Shown: positions 53,982 to 64,000 of the stretch, one piece after another | How positions within the stretch are numbered: the stretch's first letter is position 1 | Layout: every line of letters begins with the position of its first letter | Assembly: GCF_006345805.1 (NCBI RefSeq) | Contig: NC_042998.1 | Location: 143,716,001-143,780,000, forward strand | Length of the DNA stretch: 64,000 nucleotides | Origin: Octopus sinensis | Lineage: Eukaryota | Direction of reading: 5' to 3' | Notes under the pieces: generated by a model | What the model was told of the DNA's origin: nothing | The model's input: only the letters and a program-made list of their open reading frames with translations | Databases searched by the model: none | Translations under genes and position numbers: made by a program

Positions 53982-54219
53982 AATACATAATTCTCTGACA
54001 AAACCAGCTTACAAGATTGTCACGAGATTTAGCCTTTTGAATTATGGATAACAATCCTTCCGATGAGATGCCACCATTTTTTTCATCCCAATTCTATCCG
54101 CAAGTCGAGTCGACCCAGTTTTAAACTGTAGAGCTGGGAATGTGATAAAAGATACTTGGCCCAAGATACATCGCTGGGATCGAAGTTGGTACTTGATTTG
54201 TTATATGAGAAGATAGAGC

Positions 54220-54682
54220 AAGAAGTCTGCTTCCCAACACATGGTTTCAGGTTCAGTTCCACTGTGTGGCTACATTGGGCATGTGTCTTCTATTATAGCT
54301 CCAAACAGACTTGTGAGTGGATTTGGTAGACGGATACTGAAAGAGAGCCATCGTGTGTGCACAGTATGTAGATAGTCTTATATTCCCAGCTGTGTCCTCT
54401 TGAAGTACGCCTGCTTATTCCAGTACTCTAAAGTCCTATGTAGATGTTGTAATTGTGTGAGGCATGCTTAAAAGAGTTTTTTGCAGAGTAATTACATAGC
54501 AAAATAGGAGATCGAAAAGAAAAATGTTGGTATTATTCACGTGTTTCATTTACTAATAGGAGTTATATGTCCCTCCCACATGTACAATTTTGTAACCCCT
54601 ATTAGCAAATGAAATACGTGCAATGGCGAATACATAATACTAAAGTATTTTCCAATCTTCTGTTTTGATTATATCATACACT

Positions 54683-54725
<43 letters not shown>

Positions 54726-55238
54726 TATATACACACATATATAAATACATATATTATATATTTATATATATATATACACACATATATAAATACATATATT
54801 ATATATATTTATATATATATATACGAAGCAAATAATTCACGAGAAAATATTTGCAAAGATATTGAATATTTTTATCTAGTGTAGCATGCTACACTATATA
54901 TATATATATCTCCACATTGAGGGAGTGGAACAGGTAAAATCCAGGCTACACATGTTTCTCAGCGAGCAGATCTGATGTAATTACTCAAAGAGTTACTCAG
55001 CTAGCTACTCATCAGGCCAAATATATATACATATAGTGCCTTTGTTCGTTCCACCATCACTGCTTGACAATCTGTGTTGGTTTGTTTACATCCCCGTAAC
55101 TTAGCAGCTCGGCCTAAATGATCGATAGAATAAGTATCAGGCCTTTGAAAATAAGTACTGCAATCGACTCCTTCGAATAAAACCCTTCAAGGAGGTGCCC
55201 CAGCATGGCCGCAGTCTAATGACTGAAACGTGTAAAGA
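54220..55238 (+). mobile_element. SINE family A split by insertions: head 54220-54360, tail 55035-55238
   Basis: GGTTCAGTTCCACTG...GGATTTGGTAGACGG head; CCCCGTAACTTAGC...CAGCATGGCCGCAGTC tail. Confidence 0.75.
54944..55018 (-). ncRNA. Type I hammerhead ribozyme with extended stem II
   Basis: rc: GGC-CTGATGA-(50 nt incl. GAGTAACTCTTTGAGTAATTAC hairpin)-GAAA-CATGTG-TA-GCC; 110-nt island between (TA)n tracts. Confidence 0.65.
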
Positions 55239-55244
55239 TGCAAT

Positions 55245-55410
55245 TCCTTTCTACTATAGATACAGAGCCTGAAATGTTGGGAGAAGGAGCTAGTCGATTA
55301 CACTGACCCCAGTGCTCTACTGTTCTTTAGCAGGGGTACACATGTTCTTTAGCAAAGTCAACCTCAGCAGAATTTGAACTCCGAACATAAAGGCCGGAAG
55401 AAACGCTACT
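55245..55410 (-). mobile_element. SINE family B copy, diverged
   Basis: AGTCGATTACACTGACCCCAGTG...GCAAAGTCAACCTCAGCAGAATTTGAACTC. Confidence 0.7.
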
Positions 55411-55754
55411 GAGTAGATTAATTAAGAATGTATCTATCTCGCTGTGTTTGTATAACGTCACTAGTTTCTATACAATTCAGACACACGTGTGTTCTTACAT
55501 ACTCACACATGTCTATATGTGCGTACGAATGTTTTAATAATACAGAACTACGAAATCGAAAAATAATGTGGTTTAGATCGAGAGATTTGTACGCAGCGAA
55601 TATTAAAGAGAGTAACTGAACGAGATAGTGAAATAAATATATACTTGTCTTCCTTTTCTTCCATTGCCTCCCCTTTTACTCTCTTTCTGCCTTACCAAAC
55701 GCGTCTTCTCTCCCACTCTATCTCTGTCAATTCATCTTCACAGACACAGTTCGC

Positions 55755-55800
55755 CGGCTGGTCACGTGATTAGCTACAGCCCAATCGCTGCTGTCAGATT
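55755..55800 (+). promoter_or_regulatory. Candidate promoter: E-box plus CCAAT
   Basis: GGTCACGTGATT followed by GCCCAATCG, ~2 kb upstream of ORF 57853. Confidence 0.3.
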
Positions 55801-56069
55801 GTTTATCAGTAAACAATTTGTTTGTTTGCACCCGTGATAAAACATGTGTAAGCCCCATAGTACTAAATGGACAAGGAAGGGCAGCCATGTTTAAATAACA
55901 GTTTGTAACCAAGTCACTACTGATATTACATAAATAACATTAAAACTATTTCTAAACATACGCACGTGTATATTTATGATTTATATTATTTTAAATTTGG
56001 TTCTTAAATAATACACATGCACCATAACAGAATATGCTCTTCCACAACAATTATATATTATTCTTTTAC

Positions 56070-56357
56070 TTATTTCAGTCATTGGACTGCGGCTATGCCT
56101 TGAAAGGTATAGTCGAAAAAAAAATCGACCCTGGTACTTAAAGCCTGGAAACATTCAATCGATCACATTTTGCAGAGCCGCTAGGTTATGGGAACATAAA
56201 CGAACTTACACCGCTTGTTAAGCGGTGAGAGGACATATCCACTTGTAAGGTTTTTTAGTTGGCCCGGGGCTATCTATAGTAGACGATACTTGTACAAGGT
56301 GCCATACCGTGGGGCTGAACCCGAAACCACGTGGTTACGAACCAAACTTAACCACAA
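56070..56357 (-). mobile_element. SINE family A copy, diverged
   Basis: Head and tail motifs. Confidence 0.75.
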
Positions 56358-57852
56358 TCAATTTTATTTGTAATAATTTAGTGTTAAATGAACATAATTC
56401 ACAAACATAAACAGTAATGAAATGCCGATAAAAATCAGTTAACTAAGCTGAAGTAGGAGCAAGCACATCAAACTAGAATAAACTCTTGACTCCACCCCAC
56501 TTCGAAGGATAGCCCGAGATATATAGATATACATCAAGCCAGACGGATTTCTCTAACCCTCTCCCCTCTCTCTCGATAGATTCAAGTGACTGTCAGACAG
56601 AGGAGTGTTTATAGATATATATTTTTACATGCTCTAGTAAGAGTACATTTCAATATTTCATTATATGTGTTCAAGTTTGGAATTTTTACAATTAAAATCT
56701 ACTCGAAGTGGTGTAAAAAAATAAGAGAAGTAGCAGCAGCTGTGACAGCCCATATTGTGATGGTATCCATTTTATGTAGTAGCAGTTACGTAAAAATCTA
56801 CAGACAGATAACTCCGAATACAATAATACTTGCTTTTTCTACTTCCTCCTACCCCGAGCTATTTACAATCACATATTTTAAGCCAATGTAATTGTAAAGC
56901 GACATATGAACAAATAAGAGGAGTGTAGAGACAGTCAGTTGTACTTCCCGTTTTATAAATGCATCGGTGCCATAAATAACTGTCTGCCTGTCCATCTTTT
57001 ATTTTATCTTTATTTTCATTAGCTTGACCGGTGAGCTTCCTATAGACAACTCTAGTTTACCTGGATTACAGCACCGATCATTAGGACGTTGGAATTTTAG
57101 GTAACACTAATGTCTATACACGAACGTGTGTGTGTGTGTGTGTGTATGTGTGTGTGCGTGTGCGTGCGTGTGTGTGCGCGCGCGCTACCCGTTATATGGA
57201 CGGATAACTTTGAAAGTATGGCATACATTGAATAAATAAAGTTTAACATTTTTTATAAAACTTTTCGGTATTTATACAAAATTATGAAATGAATACAAAT
57301 TTTCAAAAAATATATTTTATTAACTTCAAATAGAATTAAATAAAACAAGTAAAATTTCGAAACAAAAATTATCCATTACGGATCTCCGTGATGATTTTAT
57401 TATAAACAGTCCAAAAACACCATTTCTCTCCTCCTTTTTCTCTCTCGGTCTAATTCTTTCTGAGTGTATATTATTCATGTTACTCATTGCCAGTCATGCA
57501 CTCATCCTGCACCTCCTATGTTAACTCTGTATCTCTCTTTCACTCTCCCCCTCTCTCTATACATTGTAAAGCGTGACTAGAAAATCAACCAACCAACCAA
57601 CATTTATATTGGTTATTATTAGAGATTAAATACATATAAAATGTTACATAAACAATAATTAAAATATATCTGCCACCGAGTGGAGTTTCTGTAATTTACT
57701 AGCAACGAAATGAAAACAGTTCGAATTTGAAATTAATATCGGTTCGATGTTACCATAAATCTAATAATTTCCTTTGCTCTTTTCTATCTTGCTAGAGGTT
57801 TCTTTTCAGTATATAATGCATAATTAAATTATTTCAAAAGTGTTAAATTTTA

Positions 57853-58600
57853 ATGCACATGGAAGATCGCATTGAGAGAAAACGGCGATTGGCACGGGAG
57901 AGGAAGGCGAGGCAAAGAATACGAGAACGAGAAGCACGAAAACTAGCAAGATGTCGTTCAGATTTTTCAAATATACAACAGGTAATTGTAAATCAAAGAC
58001 AAACAGAGGTAAAAGTTATCAGTCGCAGAGAAATTGCCCGACTTCGAACTGCAGAAAGAAGGCGAAGATTATCACAAGAAGAACTCAATGCTCGGCGTGA
58101 ATTGGAGAGGAGGAGGAGTGCGGCGAAACGACAACAAGAAACACAAGAACAAAAACAAGCAAGACTCGAAAAAGAAAGAATAAGATTAAGTAAAAAAAGA
58201 CAAAATGAAACACAACAGCAAAGAAAAGCTAGATTGGAAAAAGAAAGGATAAGAATGATTGTAAAAAGACAAAAGGGGACACAGGAAGAAAGAAAGGCAA
58301 GACTCGAAAAAGAAAGAAAGCGACTCCTTACACTAAGACATCAAAATGAAAGTGTGGAGGACGAAGAACAAAAGTTATTTGTTGGAAATATATATGGGGT
58401 TCTCGCAACTGAAGAAGATGAAGAACATGGGACCAGTGAAAGACAAAGTAATGCAACAGTTCAAAGCAACAGAGTCGACAATACTTTCCATGAAGAAAGT
58501 TTACTGCATCATTCATGTGGGTCTCTGATATCTTATAGTACCAAATATTCTTTATCAGAAAGTCCTTCAGATGATAGATTAAGTAACAGCTGCCACGAAG
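57853..58600 (+). CDS. Putative coding exon: Arg/Glu/Lys-rich 21-aa repeats resembling Helitron RepHel N-terminal region
   Basis: Intact non-microsatellite ORF; repeats ETQEQKQARLEKERIR x3-4; FHEESLLHHSCGSL; upstream pyrimidine tract and AG (57795/57809); donor GAAG|GTAAAA at 58600 (otherwise stop at 58623). Confidence 0.6.
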
Positions 58601-59961
58601 GTAAAACAATTTTGACTGCATAATTTATTCCGTACTCCTAAAAAAACAAAAACTCCCGTTATTGTTGACGGGTAATATTCTTAAATATACTTAGAGCAAA
58701 GTTGTTGAATATGTGCGTAAACAATGATCTCTGGTACAAAACGAATGGAACTGTATACTTACATAATACTTATATATTTACATAAGATTTTACTATTGTT
58801 TGGTATATTTTAAAGGCATACAAAAGCACATCTTAGAATTTTCGTACACATTCGGGGATTCTACACATGTAGTTTGAATAATAAATTTATGGGTCAATGA
58901 GGCAGCCTGCGATTAGTAATACTAATTAATTAAATTGACTAAATTACCGCTTTATAGTAATTTTATAAACAATAAAACACCATACTTCATAATTTTTGCA
59001 GATAATCGGGCAATCCGGCATGTTCTTTCTATGTGGTCCCTTTCGTTTTGTACCGGAGCTTGTTGTGTAGGTATGTATATAAATATACATGTTTAAAATA
59101 AATACGTCTGTTAAGTGTAAATATATAATACGATTATGAGCGTCTGCGAACACTCTCAAAGATGTGTTCTCCTTCGTCGTGTGTTGAAGTTTTGAAGTTC
59201 GCTTCCACTTCCGTTTATAAATTAGCTGGTCGCAGCCTTATCTCCCCTGAAACTAGATTGGATTGCTCCATATACCTCAACACCCCTCTATCGTTACTTT
59301 CGTTGCCAATTTGACTTCATTCTTCTGTCTTTCTCAGTAAACTCTGTGATATTTAGATGGGTTAGCATATGTATGTATGTATATATGCATGTATGTATAT
59401 ATGTATCTGCTGGTGCTTTTATCACTATACATTACACAATCCTGTAATATCCGTCCTTTATTACATACACACACACACACACATATTTATATATAAACTG
59501 CATACACACATGTATATATAGTGTGTCTTCTAAAAGTAAAAGTATATCTTATATCTTTTCATTTAGTCATTGGACTGTGGTCATGCTGGGGCACCACCTT
59601 GAAGCGTTTAGTGAAACAAAACGATCCCAGTACTTTTTTTTTTTTTTGAAACTCTGATACTTATCCTTTTCAGGGTTTTTTGCCGAGCTACAACAAACCA
59701 ACACCGAATGTTAAGTGCGGGGGGATACGCGCGCGCGCCCTTGCATTTATACTCGATAGACTTCCGCGCAATTTCTGTCTACCAAATTCAGTTGTAAGGC
59801 ATACAAAGAAAACATTTGCCCAGAGTGTCTTGTTTATATATATATATATCACCGTGACCGACCAGATTATCAGATGTTGCTACACATCGCTGGTCACAAT
59901 GCGCTTCGTATTGTTTTAAGCCTTCAAATGACGCCACCCCGCTGGCTAAGCGAGCAGGCCA

Positions 59962-60000
<39 letters not shown>

Positions 60001-60074
60001 CCCGTGTGTACATGTGAGTATTTGTATGTGTGTGCGTGTGTGTGTATATATATATACTTTCTTTTAATCTTTTA

Positions 60075-60472
60075 TTCGCTTCAGTCATTTGACTGTGGCC
60101 ATGTTGGAGCACCGCCTTTAGTCGAGCAAATTGACCCCAGGACTTATTCTTTGTAAGCCTAGAACTTATTCTATTGGTCTCTATTGCTGAACCGCTAAGT
60201 TACGGGGGACGTAAACACACCAGCATCGGTTGTCAAGCGATGTTGGGGAGCGGGGGCAAACACAGACACACAAACATATACACACACAGACATATATATA
60301 CATATATACGACGGGCTTCTTTTCAGTTTCCGTCTACCAAATCCACTCACAAGGCTTTGGTCGACTCGAGGTTATAGTAGAAGACATTTGCCCAAGATGC
60401 CACGCAGTGGGACTGAACCCGGAACCATGTGGTTGGTAAGCAAGCTACTTACCACACAGCCACTCCTACACC
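60075..60472 (-). mobile_element. SINE family A full copy
   Basis: Head, microsatellite and tail. Confidence 0.92.
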
Positions 60473-60498
60473 TATATATATGTATACATGTATATATA

Positions 60499-60558
<60 letters not shown>

Positions 60559-61063
60559 ATATATATATACATACATATATATATGTTTGTATATATGCAT
60601 ATATTTATATATTATTATATGATCGAACACTACACATCCTTTTCCAAGTAAGTTTTCTATATATATATATATCTCAAGATTCTTCCCTCTGCTGTAAAGC
60701 TTCATTTCCACACACGCCAGCTGAATTCCATTCATCCCCAGTCGAAAGACACCTGTTGTTATGTCCTGTTATTATCATTATTTTTATTCTATTTTTGTAT
60801 TTATATTCATGTAACATGGTCTGCTTTTCTGTCCTTGTTTTCGTATACATTCCAAGGAATCTAATGCTCTTAGCTTAGTTTTTCCTTGGGGCTGGCCAGA
60901 TTGGAGCAATCTAAAGATTAATCAGCCGAAATTGTGAAAGGCTTCGAATGACCCGTCCTTGTTTTTTTTTGGTATTGTCTATCTGGATGTTTTGTTGTCC
61001 CTTTTTGTATCACCTAGTTGTTTGGATGTTTTACGTTCTTGTCCCATTTTGTATTTTATTTTG

Positions 61064-61134
<71 letters not shown>

Positions 61135-61246
61135 AGTTAATTCAAATAAACAAGCAATTAAAAAACAGGAATAAAGACAAAAATGAATGTGAGGATGCGC
61201 ACCAGAAATATATTAATTAGATGCACGGTGAAAGGAAAGAGTTATT

Positions 61247-61279
61247 GTTAACATTTCGAGCATAGCTCTTCTTCGGAAA
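61247..61279 (-). ncRNA. Minimal hammerhead-like motif (degenerate)
   Basis: rc: TTT-CCGAAGA-aGAGCtatGCTC-GAAA-TG-TT-AAC; same type as 62937. Confidence 0.5.
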
Positions 61280-61471
61280 GAGGGAAATCTAAAGAATAAG
61301 AAGGCAAAATAATGAAAACAATATGTATGTATATATGTATATATGTATGTATGTATGCATGTGTATGTATGTCTGTGTATATATCTACGTATATGTATGT
61401 GTATATGTATATATACATATGTATGTGTATATAAATATGTATGTACATGTGTATTTATGTATGTATATATA

Positions 61472-61518
<47 letters not shown>

Positions 61519-61744
61519 ACATATATATATACATACATATATGTATGTATATATATATGTATACATATATATATATATGAATGTATATATGTATGTATAT
61601 ATACATGTATACATATATATGTATACATATATGTGTATATATATGTATATATATATGTATATATATATATGTGTGTATATATATATATATATATACATAC
61701 ATACACACACATTTGTATGTATATATATACACACATATATACAA

Positions 61745-62842
61745 CTGATGATAGTTGAGTGGTTAGTGAGAGCTGTACAAGCCATGTGCAGGGATGCTGT
61801 CAGTAAGGTGAGGGTTGGGAACGTGTACAGTGAAGGATTCCTGTAGGGGTAGGGGTCCACCAAGGATCAGTCCTCAGCCCATCTTATTCATCATAGTCCT
61901 CCAGGCAATAACAGATGAATTCAAGACAGGATGCCCCTGGGAGCCTCTCTATGCTGATGACCTTACTCTTATAACTGAGTCACTATCAAAACTAGAGGAG
62001 AAGTTTCAGGTGTGGAAGCAGGGTCTAGAAACAAAGGGCCTTAGATTCAGTCTAGCAAACACCAAAGTCTTAATAAGTAGGAAGGCAGACATACCACAAA
62101 TTCCTTCAGGTAGATGGCCCTGCACAATCTGCAGAAAACAGCTTCATCACATTCCAGGGGGGAAAACTACAAGTAGTTGCTAGCTTCAGTTGCAGGAGCG
62201 GATGCTCTGAGAGTGTAGCTGCATGACCTTCGAACATTGGGTCTCACCGAGGCAATGACAAGTGACCAAGACCTTTGGAGATATGCTGTGCTTGAGAAGA
62301 CCTGGCACGCTAAGTGAGACTGTAACCGTGGCCTATGCCAGTGCAGCATAACCAGCACATTTAAGAGTACCCTTCAATCATTGGGCAATAAACTGCACTT
62401 GCAAAGACCTGTTGAAGCAAGTGAAGTCATTATCATAGCCAATGAAAGTACCACCTGTGCTGGTGGCACGTAAAGAAGCACCATTCAAGTGTAGCCGATG
62501 CCAGTGCCGCCTGACTGGTCCTGTGCCGGTAGCATGTAAAAAGCACCATTTCAGCGTGATCGTTACCAGTGTTGCCTGACTGGTTCCCATGCCAGCGGCA
62601 CGTAAAAAGCACCATTCGAGCATGGTCGATGCCAGTCCTGCCTCACTGGCCTGCATGCCAGTAGCACATAAAAAGCACCCACTACCCTCGCAGAGTGGTT
62701 GGCATTAGGAAGGGTATCCAGCTGTAGAAACTTTGCCAGATCGGATTGGAGTCTGGTGTAGCCTTTTGGCTTTCCAGCCCTCAGTCAACCTGTCCAACCC
62801 ATGCCAGCATGGAAAGCGGATGTTAAACGATGATGATGATGA
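61745..62842 (+). mobile_element. RTE-type LINE, truncated and internally deleted, with repetitive 3' UTR and (GAT)n tail
   Basis: [48 protein letters not shown]; repeats GGCACGTAAAAAGCACC; tail GTTAAACGATGATGAT. Confidence 0.9.
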
Positions 62843-62936
62843 TTTGTATGTGTACATGTATATATTTTCAAAATGTATCCACATGTGAATCGTTGGCAAT
62901 TTTCTTCCTCCATCTTCCTTTCTATTGGACTTTCTT

Positions 62937-62971
62937 GTTTCTGAAGAAGAGTGTTGCTCGAAACATTAAAC
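62937..62971 (+). ncRNA. Minimal hammerhead-like motif
   Basis: GTTT-CTGAAGA-aGAGtgttgCTC-GAAA-CA-TT-AAAC; stem III too short for a monomer (ancestral ACGT palindrome inferred). Confidence 0.55.
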
Positions 62972-63008
62972 CATCTTTCTTTCCTTTTTAATTTAATTCT
63001 ATGTCTTT

Positions 63009-63096
63009 ATGCAACTGAGGACAGCTCTGCATTTAAATTGATGGAATGATTGCATTGTTCAATTAAATGGAGTTGCTTGAAATGATCATACTGCAT
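63009..63096 (+). ncRNA. Type I hammerhead ribozyme with long stem II
   Basis: ATGCAA-CTGAGGA-CAGCTC..CATTTAAATTGA...TCAATTAAATG.GAGTTG-ctt-GAAA-TGATCA-TA-CTGCAT; palindromic stem III. Confidence 0.7.
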
Positions 63097-63204
63097 TACC
63101 TCTGGATATCCTTGTTGCTTATTTTGATTTTACTCTCCTTATTTTGAAATTGTATGAACCGTACTAAATTCTGGTACCTAATCATCTGAATCTAAATGTT
63201 TGCA

Positions 63205-63414
63205 TATTTATATATATATAATATATATATATCTATATATATATATATATATATATATCTATATATTATATTATAATATATATATATATATATAATTATA
63301 TATACATATATATATATATATATGTATGTATACATATATTATATATATATATGTATGTATCATATATAAATATATATATATATATGTATGTATATCATAT
63401 ATATATAATGTATG

Positions 63415-63451
<37 letters not shown>

Positions 63452-63596
63452 ATCTATTGTATATGTATGCCGTATATCTATATATATGTATGTATACATG
63501 TATATATATATATATTATATATATAATATATATATAGTATGTAATATTTATATATATATATATATGTAAGATATATATGTCTAGATATATATGTAT

Positions 63597-63656
<60 letters not shown>

Positions 63657-63887
63657 TGTAAGATCTATATGTATGAGTATACATACCATATATATGTATG
63701 CATATATCCATATATATTTATGCATACATATATATATAATGTATTATGTGTATACATATTATATATGTGGTATGTGTATACATATACATATGTGTGTATG
63801 TGTATACATATACATATGTGTGTATGTATACATATGTGTGTGTATGTGAATGCATATATAATGTATGTGGTGTGTGTTGTATGTATG

Positions 63888-63947
<60 letters not shown>

Positions 63948-63975
63948 CACATACAACACTTATAAATATATATAT
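63205..63975. repeat. (TA)/(TATG)-rich compound microsatellite
   Basis: Direct inspection; similar tracts throughout the window. Confidence 0.95.
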
Positions 63976-64000
63976 TGTGGCACTCTGTCAGTTACAACAA

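Noticed and set aside
60400-60472. tRNA-like A/B boxes
   Set aside because: SINE heads with no complete cloverleaf
60880-60950. CTAAAGA...CGAAATTG in a pLTR-like block (60620-61060)
   Set aside because: Core and cleavage triplet are non-canonical and there is no stem I partner

Overview
AT-rich, microsatellite-saturated eukaryotic DNA. The SINE repertoire suggests an octopus-type cephalopod genome (inference). Nearly all ORFs in the track are microsatellite translations. The window is a transposon graveyard: mariner, hAT, Chapaev-like, R4/Dong-like, RTE, CR1/L1 remnants, two Penelope-like elements (PLEs), MITEs, three SINE families and an old ~355-bp satellite. There is one plausible host exon (57853-58600, charged repeats resembling Helitron N-termini). 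The most striking unexplained structure is about 12 type I hammerhead ribozyme (HHR) motifs plus 2 partial ones, from at least 8 unrelated sequence families. Most have palindromic stem III. Several sit in ~350-500 nt non-coding tandem monomers or long arms arranged head-to-head (minus-strand copy, then plus-strand copy) and inserted into (TA)n tracts. This points to a diverse set of PLE-mobilised retrozyme-like elements that could yield circular RNAs. Ribozyme activity, expression and novelty cannot be verified from sequence alone.
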